From: Armatimonadota bacterium
Lineage (GTDB): Bacteria; Armatimonadota; SYMT01
Assembly: GCA_041690135.1 (NCBI GenBank)
Contig: JAWLHY010000003.1
Span: forward strand, 946,397 to 1,010,396
Length of the DNA: 64,000 nucleotides
Direction of reading: 5' to 3'
Both the position numbers and the translations under genes were made by a program. Shown here piece after piece: positions 8,638 through 17,982 of this stretch. The number at the start of each line of letters is the position of its first letter. Position 1 is the first letter of the stretch. The notes beneath the pieces were generated by a model, which saw only the letters and a list, made by a program, of their open reading frames with translations, searched no databases and was not told the origin of the DNA.

Positions 8638-8758
8638 AAATTGCAAATTGCAAATTGGAGATTGCAAACTGAGAATTGAAGAGCCCCCGCCGGAGATCGC
8701 GGCTTGGGTAGTCCCAATTTGCAATTTGCAATTTAAAATTTCCAATTTGCAATGGTCA
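8635..8758. repeat. Inverted pair of AT-rich heptamer arrays (AATTGCA)n / (TGCAATT)n
   Basis: TGAAAATTGCAAATTGCAAATTGG... and ...CCAATTTGCAATTTGCAATTT...TTGCAATGGTCA between convergent genes. Confidence 0.85.
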
Positions 8759-9628
8759 TCTCTCGATGTTGGCTTCCAGGAAGCTCACGACGCGTTCCAC
8801 GTAGCTCTTCCCCGCTTTCGAGAGGCATCCGGTGTGGCCGGCGCCGGGGATGGTCCACAACTCCGCCTGGTTCCCCGCGGCCGCCACGATGCGGTGGGCA
8901 TGGCGGACCGGGATCAGCAAGTCCCGCTCGCCGTGGATCGCGAGGAGCGGCCGGGGTCTCCAGTCGCGCAGTTCCGCCTCGGGATCGATGTCTTCCACGT
9001 GGTTCCCACACCAGTGCTCGGCCCAGTGGCGGACCGAACGGCCGACCGGTTCCCGTACGGACGGCGGCAGGTAGAAGAAGTTTTGCTCGACCATATCGCC
9101 CAGGTTGGCAAAGGCGGAGTCTGTAACGACGGCTTCGACGCCAGGGTCGGCTGCCGCGGCCAGCAGAGATGTGGCGCCGCCGAGCGACATGCCGTAGAGC
9201 CCCACGTGTGGAACTCCCGCTTCTTGCCGCAGCCAATCGACGGCGGCCAGGGCGTCCCCCCGTTCCCGGTAGCCGTAGGTACACACGTCGCCCCGGCTGA
9301 GGCCCATCGCGCGGAAGTCGAACAGGAAAAGGTGAAAACCCGCCTCGTGGAGCGGCCGCAGCATCCGGTGGAACTGCTGGCGGGAGTTGTTCCGGCCGTG
9401 GCACAGCACGATCCCCGCCCGGGAGCCGGGCCGCGGGATGTACCACGCCGCGAGGTCGGTCTCGTGGCTGCGGAGCCGCACGCGTTCATACGGGAGGCCA
9501 TGCACCCGCGGCGTGATGACCGGCGGCACGCGCGCCGGGTGGAGCAGGCACCACGCCACCCCCGCCCCCGCGCGGTGCAGCACCCGTTCACCCAGTCCTC
9601 GTCGTTTGTCGCCGTTTTCCGCCATCAT
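8756..9628 (-). CDS. Alpha/beta fold hydrolase
   Basis: LCHG, FDFRAMGLS, nucleophile elbow GMSLG, IHGERD, PGAGH. Confidence 0.9.
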   Translation of the reverse strand: MMAENGDKRRGLGERVLHRAGAGVAWCLLHPARVPPVITPRVHGLPYERVRLRSHETDLAAWYIPRPGSRAGIVLCHGRNNSRQQFHRMLRPLHEAGFHLFLFDFRAMGLSRGDVCTYGYRERGDALAAVDWLRQEAGVPHVGLYGMSLGGATSLLAAAADPGVEAVVTDSAFANLGDMVEQNFFYLPPSVREPVGRSVRHWAEHWCGNHVEDIDPEAELRDWRPRPLLAIHGERDLLIPVRHAHRIVAAAGNQAELWTIPGAGHTGCLSKAGKSYVERVVSFLEANIER

Positions 9629-9832
9629 CCGTCTCCACCTCCCCCATTATGGTAACGGGAAGCACCATGGAAACCCCTGGGCTCGGAGGCGGGATTTGCG
9701 TGCGAGCGGGTCCCGGGATTTGTGGGACGGGGGTTCAGACCTGCACCCCAACTCAGAGGAGTTCCGGCGTGGTCCGGTGAACGTTTACGCAGGAATCTTG
9801 GTCCGATGGATCCATCCAAGGGAGGGTGGCCG

Positions 9833-10795
9833 ATGAACCGGCGGCAAGTGCTTTGGGCGGGAGTGGGATTGGGAAGCGCGGTGTTGGGCTTCCGAAGGGG
9901 AGAAGCCCAGGAAGGTGGGAACCTGGCGGAGCGGCTGGGATACAAGCGGGACCAGCGCCTGCTGATGATCCACGCCGATGACCTGGGGATGTGCCACTCC
10001 GTGAACGTGGCCAGTTGGAAGGCCATGACGGATGGCGTGGTGAGCAGCGCCAGCGTGATGGTGCCCTGCCCCTGGTTTCCGGAGATGGCCCAGTGGGCGC
10101 GCGAGCACCCCAACATGGACCTCGGCCTGCACCTGACGCTTACCAGCGAGTGGAAGCTCTACCGCTGGCGGCCGGTCTCTCCCATCAATGAAGTGAAAAG
10201 CCTCCTCGACGACCAGGGCTTTCTCTGGCGGTCCGTGGCGGACGTAAAGAAGAACGCGAAGCCGGAAGAGGTCGAGGCGGAGATCCGCGCGCAGATCCGA
10301 CGGGCGCTGCAGTTCGGGATGAAGCCGACCCACGTCGACTCGCACATGGGCACGCTCTTCTCGGACCGGAAGTTCTTCGAGGCCTACGTCCGGGTGGCAA
10401 AGGAAGTCGGGATCATGCCGATGCTGCCGGGGCCCACGCCGGAGATCCTGCAGCAGGCCGCCCTCCTCGGGCTGGACTACAAAGCCATCGTTCGAGACCT
10501 CCAGAAGCAGGGGATGGTGGTCCTGGATGTTCTCAACACCAGCCTCGAGGGGAACGACTACGAGGCTCGGAAGCGGGCCTTCGAGGTCTTCGTCAAGGGT
10601 CTTCAGCCCGGCGTCACGGAACTGATCTGCCACCTGAGCGGCGATGATGACGAAATCCAGCACGTCACCGGCAACTGGCGTCCCCGGTACAACGAGTTCC
10701 GTCTGTTTACCGAGCCGGCCAGCCGCAAGCTCCTCGAAGACCACGGCGTAAAGCTCATCGGTTACCGGGAGCTCGACAAGCTCTGGAAGCGCTGA
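9833..10795 (+). CDS. YdjC/ChbG-type carbohydrate deacetylase with a Tat-like signal
   Basis: IHADDLGMCHSVN, GLHLTLTSEW, PTHVDSHMG; N-terminal MNRRQVL; SD GGAGG. Confidence 0.88.
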   Translation: MNRRQVLWAGVGLGSAVLGFRRGEAQEGGNLAERLGYKRDQRLLMIHADDLGMCHSVNVASWKAMTDGVVSSASVMVPCPWFPEMAQWAREHPNMDLGLHLTLTSEWKLYRWRPVSPINEVKSLLDDQGFLWRSVADVKKNAKPEEVEAEIRAQIRRALQFGMKPTHVDSHMGTLFSDRKFFEAYVRVAKEVGIMPMLPGPTPEILQQAALLGLDYKAIVRDLQKQGMVVLDVLNTSLEGNDYEARKRAFEVFVKGLQPGVTELICHLSGDDDEIQHVTGNWRPRYNEFRLFTEPASRKLLEDHGVKLIGYRELDKLWKR

Positions 10796-10803
10796 CGCAC
10801 TGA

Positions 10804-11499
10804 ATGCCGGTGGGAGGCCCTTCCGTATCGATCGTCGTTCCCGTGCTGAACGAGGCGGAGGGTATCGCGGCTTTCCTCCGGCATCTGCGCGAGCAGGCGC
10901 CGGATGCGGAGATCATCGTGGCGGACGGCGGGAGCACGGACGACACTCCCGTCGTCGCCGCAGCCCTGGCGGACCGGCTCGTGCACAGCCCGTGCGGTCG
11001 CGCGCTCCAGATGAACGCAGGGGCACGGGTGGCCGGGGGAGAGGTCCTCTGGTTTCTCCATGCCGATTCCGCTCTCTCTCCGGGGGCACTGGCGGCGCTG
11101 CGAGAGGCGATTCGGGGCGGGCTGGCCGGCGGGTGCTTCCGGTTGCGGATCGCTGAAGCTGCCCCCATCTACCGCGTCAGCGACTCCCTAGGTAACCTGG
11201 GGGTCGACCTGTTCCGGATCTCCCTGGGCGACCACGGTATCTTCTGCACCCGCGCGGCGTTTGACGCGGCCGGCGGTTATCCGGACGTGCCGCTGATGGA
11301 AGACGCCGAGTTCTATCGCCGTCTCCAGCGGATGGGACGCGTCCGGCAGCTCCGGGCCGCGATTACCACCAGCCCGCGGCGGTACGAGCGGCATGGGCCC
11401 TATCGCACCACCGCCATCTACGCGCTCATCCTGGCCCTTTACGCTGCGCGCGTGCCGATTCCCGTTCTGGCGCGAGTCTACCGACGCGTGGCGGGGTAG
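10804..11499 (+). CDS. Glycosyltransferase family 2 (TIGR04283-like)
   Basis: SIVVPVLNE, ADGGSTDDT, GRALQMNAGA, FLHADS, GDHGIF, PLMED, TTSPRR. Confidence 0.9.
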   Translation: MPVGGPSVSIVVPVLNEAEGIAAFLRHLREQAPDAEIIVADGGSTDDTPVVAAALADRLVHSPCGRALQMNAGARVAGGEVLWFLHADSALSPGALAALREAIRGGLAGGCFRLRIAEAAPIYRVSDSLGNLGVDLFRISLGDHGIFCTRAAFDAAGGYPDVPLMEDAEFYRRLQRMGRVRQLRAAITTSPRRYERHGPYRTTAIYALILALYAARVPIPVLARVYRRVAG

Positions 11500-11650
11500 G
11501 GGTATGGGTGTGGGAGTATGGGGGTGTAGGAGTGTGGGGGTGTAGGAGTGTGGGGGTATGGGAGTGTGGAGGAGTTGAAGTAGGCGGATCGTGCGAATTC
11601 GGTTACTTCACTACTCCGCTACTTTTACACTCCGCTACTCCATTACCTAC
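11496..11650. repeat. Inverted pair of octamer arrays (G-rich arm then C-rich arm)
   Basis: GTAGGGGTATGGGTGTGGGAGTATGG...GTGTAGGA units; right arm ACTACTCC/GCTACTCC units ending CCTAC. Confidence 0.8.
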
Positions 11651-12133
11651 GGGGGCGCCCCGGCGGTGGGCGGTGAGGGCGATGGCCATGGCGTCGGCGA
11701 CGTCGTGAGGCGTGGGGACGCGCGGGAGGGCGAAGATGTGGGCCACCATCGCCTGGACCTGCTCCTTGCTGGCGGCTCCGTAGCCGACGACGGTCATCTT
11801 CACCTGGCGGGCGGGGTAGCTCCATACCGGCACCCCGCGCTGGCCGGCGGCCAGGCAAATCGCGCCGCGGGCGTGCGCCATGAGAAGGGCGGTCCGGGGA
11901 AACCGGTACTCCGAGTAGAGGTCTTCCAGCGCCAGGGCGTCGGGCCGGAACTCATCCAGGATCTCCGCCACCTCCCGGTGGAGCTGCACCAGGCGCTCTT
12001 CCAGGGGTAGGCTCTGGGTGCTGCGGATCGCCCCTGCCTCGATCAGGCGCGCATTCGCGGTGCCCGGGTTCTCCTGATCGACGATGGCATACCCGGTGCA
12101 CCCCAAGCCGGGGTCAATCCCCAATACCCGCAC
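11603..12133 (-). CDS. ruvC: Holliday junction resolvase RuvC
   Basis: VLGIDPG, ALEDLY, AHARG, QVK..V.GYGAASKEQV, DVADAMAIA; GTG start with GGAGG SD. Confidence 0.95.
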   Translation of the reverse strand: MRVLGIDPGLGCTGYAIVDQENPGTANARLIEAGAIRSTQSLPLEERLVQLHREVAEILDEFRPDALALEDLYSEYRFPRTALLMAHARGAICLAAGQRGVPVWSYPARQVKMTVVGYGAASKEQVQAMVAHIFALPRVPTPHDVADAMAIALTAHRRGAPVGNGVAECKSSGVVK

Positions 12134-13211
12134 GCACTTCCTCCAGTGAGACCGTCTGCCCGGTCTCCGCACTTCGATACGCAGCTTCCAGGAATTCCAG
12201 CACCCGCAGGGCGTCCGCACCGCCGGCGATCTGCGGGAGTCCCGCGCGGGCATTCCGGATGAATGCCTCCATCAGCGCCAGGCCGAAAGTGCCGCAGTAG
12301 GCATCGCACGGTTCCAGCCGGTACCGCAGCTCCCGCGCCGGGGAGGTCGCCCAGTCGGGATGGACCGACTCCATGCGGACGACTTCATCCGCGCGGGTCG
12401 GCTGCCACTGAAAGTACCCCTCCAGGCCGCGGACCGCCAGATACGTGTCGTAAGCGGCTCCGGCGTATCCCGCGGTGCTGCGCGGCAGGTGGTAACCGGC
12501 CGCAAACGTCCCCAGGGCGCCGGACGCCCAGCGCATCGACACCGCCGCCGTGTCCTCGACTTCCAGCGCGAAACCATTGAGCGCTCCGGTGAGCGCGGAC
12601 ACATGGGTGATGTCGTCATCCAGGAGGTAGCGCATCAGGTCGAAGTAGTGGCAACCCAGCCAGTGGAGGATCCCGCCGCCGCCGTACTCGCGCGAGAACA
12701 GCCAGTGGTCCGGGTTCCGGAAGCGGACCTGCGAGGTGACCATTCGCATCTCCGCCGCCAGAACCCGGCCGAAAATACCCCGCTCCTGGAGCCCGCGCAG
12801 ATCGACCGCCGCCGGATGACACCGCCAGGGATAGCAGACGCCCAGCGCGACGCCGGCCGCTTCCACTTCCCGCAGCACCGGCCGGAGAAGGGTGGCCGTG
12901 GTGGCCATCGGCTTCTCCGACATCACCTGCTTGCCGGCGCGGGCCGCGGCTACTACCGTTTCCGGGTTCACATCGTTGCGGCGGCAGACCACCGCGAACT
13001 CGACCTCTTCCCGCAGAGCGCCGGAAAGGTCGTCGGTGGCTCCCTCGAACTTCGGCCCCGCGTGCTCCGCCAGCGACTCCGCCGCGGCGCGTTCCGGATC
13101 CCACAACCAGATCTTCCCCACGAGAGGCGAGACCCGCAGCGTATTCACGTGCATCCGCGAGTGGGGATGCGTGCAGCCCAGCACCACGAAGTTGGCAAGT
13201 GAGGTGGACAT
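12114..13211 (-). CDS. Gfo/Idh/MocA family oxidoreductase
   Basis: AGKQVMSEKPMA, GGGILHWLGCHYFDL, VEDTA, AAYRSAETG. Confidence 0.9.
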   Translation of the reverse strand: MSTSLANFVVLGCTHPHSRMHVNTLRVSPLVGKIWLWDPERAAAESLAEHAGPKFEGATDDLSGALREEVEFAVVCRRNDVNPETVVAAARAGKQVMSEKPMATTATLLRPVLREVEAAGVALGVCYPWRCHPAAVDLRGLQERGIFGRVLAAEMRMVTSQVRFRNPDHWLFSREYGGGGILHWLGCHYFDLMRYLLDDDITHVSALTGALNGFALEVEDTAAVSMRWASGALGTFAAGYHLPRSTAGYAGAAYDTYLAVRGLEGYFQWQPTRADEVVRMESVHPDWATSPARELRYRLEPCDAYCGTFGLALMEAFIRNARAGLPQIAGGADALRVLEFLEAAYRSAETGQTVSLEEVRAGIGD

Positions 13212-13298
13212 CGGTGTAGGATTCCTGGTCTTATGGAGAAGACGGCGTGTTGCCGATCCGTTCTCTCCCCCACGCGCGTTAACCTACCCGGTCTGCCC

Positions 13299-13721
13299 AT
13301 GCGATTCCTGGCCCTACACGTCGATAGTTTTCGAAGCGAGATCACGCAGAAGGGGCGATCGCCCCTGGTCGAACCGTACGAGGAAAAGGCCACCGAAATA
13401 TCGGAGGGTCTGCTGGTATTGGTGAGTGTGGAGAAGGGGGACGAGGCCGCGCCGGATACGGTAGCGCGGAAGGCCGCCGACGAACTCCTGGACCTGGCCC
13501 GGAAGGTCGGCGTAAACCGGGTACTGCTCCACAGCTTTGCCCACCTGTTCGCGGAACTGGCGGCCCCCGCCGACGCCGTGCCGATCATGCAGGCCACGGC
13601 CGAACGCCTGCGCGAGCATGGGGTGGAAGTGATCCGCACCCCCTTCGGCTGGTTCAACACGCTGGAGATCCGCGCCAAGGGGCATCCCCTGTCCCGTGTC
13701 GCTCGCACCATCCGGCCATGA
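13299..13721 (+). CDS. Free-standing archaeal-type threonyl-tRNA synthetase editing domain (DTD-like fold)
   Basis: MRFLALHVD, VEKGDE, FAHL, PFGW...KGHPLS match the archaeal ThrRS N-terminal editing domain. Confidence 0.85.
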   Translation: MRFLALHVDSFRSEITQKGRSPLVEPYEEKATEISEGLLVLVSVEKGDEAAPDTVARKAADELLDLARKVGVNRVLLHSFAHLFAELAAPADAVPIMQATAERLREHGVEVIRTPFGWFNTLEIRAKGHPLSRVARTIRP

Positions 13722-14926
13722 GAGGACTTTCCCGGGGCCTGCTTGTCCTTCTGGCCTTGCAGGTGGTCAGCGGCGTGCTCGTCGCCCCGATGTTCTCCCT
13801 CTTCCCCACCTATGTGGAAGGACGTTTGGGCCTGCCCGCGGAGTTTTCGGGCAATATCCGCGCGTTGTTCATGGTCACCAGCGGGATCATGGCGTTCCTG
13901 GGCGGCGGCGTGTGCGATGCCGTGGGCCGGAAACCCTCCTACCTGGCGGCGATGACCGGCGTTATCGCCGTGGGACTGCTGTTCCTGGTGCGGGACCCCA
14001 ACGTGATGTACGGCCTTTCCCTGTTTTCGGGCCTAATGTTCGGGCTCGGGTCGATCGCGGGCCAGTCGTATCTGATGGACACCGCCGGGCGTGGCTCTCT
14101 GGCCTTTGCCACCGCGTGTTTCTTCATGACGGGCACGGTCGGCAACGCGCTGGGGAGCGCCATCGCCGGTCCGGTGGCGGAGCGCCTTCCCAACGGGTAT
14201 GCGCTCCTCGGCCTGGTGATGAGCGGGGGCCATGCACTGTTGATGCTCGTGGCCTGGCGACTGCTGCCGGATCTCCCCCGGCCGGACACCCCGCGCACGC
14301 TGGCGGCACTGGCGGGAGGCTACGGGCAGTTCTTCCGGCGAGCCCGGATCTGGATGCTGCTGGGCCTGCGCATGCTCCCGACGGTCTATTGGGGCACGGC
14401 GACCCTGTTGATGCCGCTGCTGCTGTTCCGGCTCACCGGTTCGGAGGCCCAGGTCGGCTACTATGGATCGGTGAGCCTGATCCTCTCGGCCATCTGCCAG
14501 GTAGGGGCGGGCCGGCTGGTGGACCGCATCGGGCCGCGCGTGCCGGTGGTGGCGGCCATCTCGCTCGTCACCCTCGCCAGCCTGGGACAGGGGCTCTTCG
14601 GCAATTCCGCCGTCATGCTGACCGCCTTCGGGCTGCTGGGAGCGGGGGCCGCGTGGTCGCTCTCGGTGACGATGACCACACTGGTTCAGGCCTACTCGAC
14701 CGAAGAGACCAAAGGGCGGCTCCTGGGTATCACACACGTGGCCTGGAGTCTCGGTTTCCTCGGTGGGAACCTGATGGGCGGCCAGCTCGCCACCCGGCCG
14801 GAGACACAGCTCCTGCCATTCCTCCTCAGCGCGGCAGGCTGCGGTGTGGCGGTGCTGTGTGCCGTGGGCGTGGTCGTCGGCCTGCCGCGCGAGGTGGCTA
14901 ACCGCCAAGATGCCGCGAAGGTGTGA
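13718..14926 (+). CDS. MFS transporter
   Basis: About 12 hydrophobic segments; GGVCDAVGRK and GRLVDRIGPR motif-A repeats; ATGA overlap with the upstream gene. Confidence 0.9.
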   Translation: MRGLSRGLLVLLALQVVSGVLVAPMFSLFPTYVEGRLGLPAEFSGNIRALFMVTSGIMAFLGGGVCDAVGRKPSYLAAMTGVIAVGLLFLVRDPNVMYGLSLFSGLMFGLGSIAGQSYLMDTAGRGSLAFATACFFMTGTVGNALGSAIAGPVAERLPNGYALLGLVMSGGHALLMLVAWRLLPDLPRPDTPRTLAALAGGYGQFFRRARIWMLLGLRMLPTVYWGTATLLMPLLLFRLTGSEAQVGYYGSVSLILSAICQVGAGRLVDRIGPRVPVVAAISLVTLASLGQGLFGNSAVMLTAFGLLGAGAAWSLSVTMTTLVQAYSTEETKGRLLGITHVAWSLGFLGGNLMGGQLATRPETQLLPFLLSAAGCGVAVLCAVGVVVGLPREVANRQDAAKV

Positions 14927-15024
14927 GGGGTATGGGGGTATGGGGGTATGGGGGACGGTAGCTTTGGGGCCGAGACGGAGATCACTCCCCCCTCCCTCCT
15001 GGCGTTCTTGGCGGCTTGGCGGTT
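14900..15024. repeat. Inverted nonamer-type arms enclosing a (GGGGGTAT)n array
   Basis: AACCGCCAAG 14900-14909 / CTTGGCGGTT 15015-15024; GGGG-TAT-GGGGG-TAT-GGGGG-TAT-GGGGG at 14927-14954. Confidence 0.75.
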
Positions 15025-15119
15025 GAACGGTCCGAGCAAGTTTGCGCACCTCCCCTGTACGGGAAACACCCGCAGAGAGACGCTGCGCGTTGCAGCGTTG
15101 CAGGGAGCAGGAGTGATCT

Positions 15120-15383
15120 ATGCCGTGGTCGATTAATGGAACCGAGATTTTCGCGGACCTGAAGGACAGCTTTCCAATGGAGACGGAGGACATCCTGAAC
15201 TGGGCGGAAGAGCAGGATGAAATCCCCGAGTACGTGATGCAGGATCTCCGCCAGAACATGCCGCGCCGGGATTGGCCCGACTTCCAGACCTTCCTGTCGG
15301 AAGTGCAGAACTACACCTGGACCATGCCCAAGGGGGCCAGCACCCCGGTGTGGGGCGGCGTTTCGCAGAGCGCCCAGGAGTAG
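15120..15383 (+). CDS. Small acidic hypothetical protein (DUF2795-like)
   Basis: AGGAG SD; host-like codon usage; FP...DIL..AEE...V...L pattern. Confidence 0.65.
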   Translation: MPWSINGTEIFADLKDSFPMETEDILNWAEEQDEIPEYVMQDLRQNMPRRDWPDFQTFLSEVQNYTWTMPKGASTPVWGGVSQSAQE

Positions 15384-15496
15384 AGTGGGATAGCGCGACG
15401 AGGGCTTCGGAGAAACCTGGACACGGCTCCTCACTGGGACGGCCCTCACACCTAGTCTCGTGACCGTTGACCCTGACGGGCACGGTGGCTAGGGCG

Positions 15497-15661
15497 CCCT
15501 CACCCCTTGCCCCTCTCCCACGCTGCGGGAGAGGGGAATCCCGCGCGCAAGATGGGGGCAGTTCTTCCCTTACCGGCGCACCAACTACGAATTTCACCGC
15601 AAATCAACGCACAAGCCCTGCCACCCAGGAGTAAGGCGCTCCCGCGGCTGCGGGAGAGGGG
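15497..15661. repeat. CCCTCTCCC/GGGAGAGGG-type REP palindrome plus a partial second copy
   Basis: CCCTCACCCC-ttg-CCCCTCTCCC-acgctgc-GGGAGAGGGG (15497-15536); CTCCCGCGGCTGCGGGAGAGGGG (15639-15661). Confidence 0.7.
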
Positions 15662-15856
15662 CGATCGCATGCGATGTTCAGTGCGGTAACCGGTCTTAAC
15701 CGTAACCCATCCCCTCGGGGCGTAAACACCCGTGCCGGAAGTGTGCCCGTCCGATCGCCGGATCAAAGACCGGAAGGCAATGCCAGGGGACTTGTGGATG
15801 CAATAATTAGGGAGCCGATCTCCCCGGAAGTCGGCTCTGTGGGTGGGAGGTGGTCG

Positions 15857-16681
15857 ATGGCGGAAGTAGCTTTGCAGGGAGAGGCATTGATCTCCGAGAT
15901 CTCCGGGAGTGAGGTGGCTCCCGGCAGTGGGTGGTTCTGGTGGCACGGACAGCACAGCTTTGTGCTGAAACTTGGGAGCACGGTCCTTTACATCGATCCG
16001 TACTTGTCGCCGAACCCCGACCGGCAAACGCCGCCGCTGGTGACGCCGGAGCAGGTGACCCATGCGGACCTGGTCCTCTGCACGCACGACCATGCGGACC
16101 ACATCGACCCCTTCGCGCTCGCCGGTATCGCGCGGGCCTCTCCGCGGGCGCTGTTCGTGGCGCCGCGTCCGCACCGGCAGCGCATGCTTGATATTGGCAT
16201 CCCGGCCGACCGCCTGCGCCTGCTGAACCACGATGAAACGGCGGCCCTTCCCGGCGGTATCCGCGTGACGGCCGTCAAGGCGAAGCACGAGTTCTTCTAC
16301 GAAACTCCCGACGGATTTCCATACCTGGGCTATGTGATCGAAGGGAACGGGGTGACTGCCTATCACAGCGGCGACACCGTGCTCTACGAGGGTCTTTGCA
16401 CCTATCTCCGGCGCTGGAAGCTCGACGTCGCCTTTTTGCCCATCAACGGCCGCGACGCCACCCGCTACCGCGCCGGCTGCATCGGCAACATGACCTACCA
16501 GGAAGCGGTGGACCTGGCGGGGGAACTGCAGGTCGGCCTGGCCGTGCCTTCGCATTGGGACATGTTCGCGATGAACTCCGAGGATCCGGCCAAGTTCGTG
16601 GACTATCTTGATGCCAAGTACCCCGGTGCAAAGTGCTGGGTCGGGCGTGCCGGAGAGCGCGTACTGTTCTCTGGCGATTAA
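15857..16681 (+). CDS. MBL-fold metallo-hydrolase (UlaG-like)
   Basis: WHGQHSF, IDPYLS, THDHADHID, YHSGDT, LPING, PSHWDMF; GGAGG SD. Confidence 0.9.
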   Translation: MAEVALQGEALISEISGSEVAPGSGWFWWHGQHSFVLKLGSTVLYIDPYLSPNPDRQTPPLVTPEQVTHADLVLCTHDHADHIDPFALAGIARASPRALFVAPRPHRQRMLDIGIPADRLRLLNHDETAALPGGIRVTAVKAKHEFFYETPDGFPYLGYVIEGNGVTAYHSGDTVLYEGLCTYLRRWKLDVAFLPINGRDATRYRAGCIGNMTYQEAVDLAGELQVGLAVPSHWDMFAMNSEDPAKFVDYLDAKYPGAKCWVGRAGERVLFSGD

Positions 16682-16739
16682 GATGAGGATTATGATTGGG
16701 ATTAGGAGAGGACTACGTTAGGATCAATGGGCTGAACTC

Positions 16740-17456
16740 GTGGCACCTCCATCGCGCCTGTTGAAACGGAGCGTGCCCCGCCGGGAGGTCGCACGTCCCC
16801 CGATCGACGCGTACCCGCCGGTAGTTTACGAGCGGATCGCCGCCGCCAAACGGTGGGACGCGGGGTGCTCGGGAGCCGTGGCGCTGGCCGCTACCGTTAC
16901 GGCGGCGGGAGCCATCCTCTGGAGTTGGCCGCTGCCGCCGGCACTCCTCTGCGGGAGCCTGTTCCTGATGCGGCTTATTGCCGCGGTTATCGACCGCCTC
17001 CGGTCCGATGCCGAGGAATCGCTTCCCCGGATCGTTCCCTACTTCCTGGAGCCGTCGAACGGCGATCCCTGGAAGAGCCCCTACCAGAGCGATCCCGATT
17101 TGGATACTTTCGGTTCGGGTTATGCGATCGCGCGGAACTGCACCCGTCTGGACGAGCGGGCCGTCCGGAATGGTGTGAAGCCGCTGTCGGCCTTCGGGTT
17201 CGGCGACGAGTTTCGCAGTCAACCGGCGGAGTGGCACCCCGCCGGTGAAGGCCTGCGATCGCTGGAAGCGCTGATTCGCAGCGTGCGGGAGGAGCCGAAA
17301 GGTCTGGATGACTCGGATCTCGTTCTGACCGAGCTTCAGCGGATGCGGAACCGCCTGGAGGACGCACGCGTCCGGGAGATCCCCTTCTGCCTGCATGTCC
17401 GGATGGACGCCGCGTATACTGCCCACGAGTTCAGTTCCCGGAGAGGGAAGTATTGA
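16740..17456 (+). CDS. Hypothetical membrane protein
   Basis: Long ORF with a hydrophobic hairpin followed by a globular domain; start uncertain. Confidence 0.5.
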   Translation: MAPPSRLLKRSVPRREVARPPIDAYPPVVYERIAAAKRWDAGCSGAVALAATVTAAGAILWSWPLPPALLCGSLFLMRLIAAVIDRLRSDAEESLPRIVPYFLEPSNGDPWKSPYQSDPDLDTFGSGYAIARNCTRLDERAVRNGVKPLSAFGFGDEFRSQPAEWHPAGEGLRSLEALIRSVREEPKGLDDSDLVLTELQRMRNRLEDARVREIPFCLHVRMDAAYTAHEFSSRRGKY

Positions 17457-17508
17457 GGGACAGCGCGCCCAGATCGGAAGGGAGCCACTTCAACACGGAG
17501 GTAGAGCC

Positions 17509-17958
17509 TTGGAACCCTTGCCGAAATCGAACCGATTCCTGCCGCCCGCCCTACCCCCCGCACCCCCAGGAAGCGGTCATGTGCCGGGACCTGGAGACGA
17601 AGGCGGGCCACCCGATCCGTTACGGATAGCACTGCGGGAAGGACTCGCCGATGCCGCGATGATCCGAACCATTCTCGAAACAGTGGAAAGTTTCCCCGAT
17701 GATGTGGACCTTTGCACAGAGCTTTCAAGAGTTCTGGATGAAGCCCGGCGCAATCTGGTCCAGTGCCTGGAGAAACCTGAAGTGAGGGCAGGAGTTGAGG
17801 CCCTCGCGCAGTCTTCGCCAGGACTCCGGCACGCCTTCGTAGCGTTGCAGGCGGCACTTGCCGATGAGCGGAACTACACCGATTATCGGACGTTCGAGCG
17901 GACGGTCTGGGAAGCCTATACCGCGCTCTTGCGTGAGGTGATTGCCCCCACGGATTGA
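17509..17958 (+). CDS. Hypothetical helical protein
   Basis: GGAGG SD before an in-frame TTG at 17509; no recognised motif. Confidence 0.45.
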   Translation: MEPLPKSNRFLPPALPPAPPGSGHVPGPGDEGGPPDPLRIALREGLADAAMIRTILETVESFPDDVDLCTELSRVLDEARRNLVQCLEKPEVRAGVEALAQSSPGLRHAFVALQAALADERNYTDYRTFERTVWEAYTALLREVIAPTD

Positions 17959-17982
17959 ATCGGGGGAGGCCTTCCGCCGCGG

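Noticed and set aside
10804-11499. Arsenosugar or selenium-related biosynthetic cluster
   Set aside because: Only the TIGR04283-like transferase is present; the radical SAM and partner transferase genes are absent from the window.
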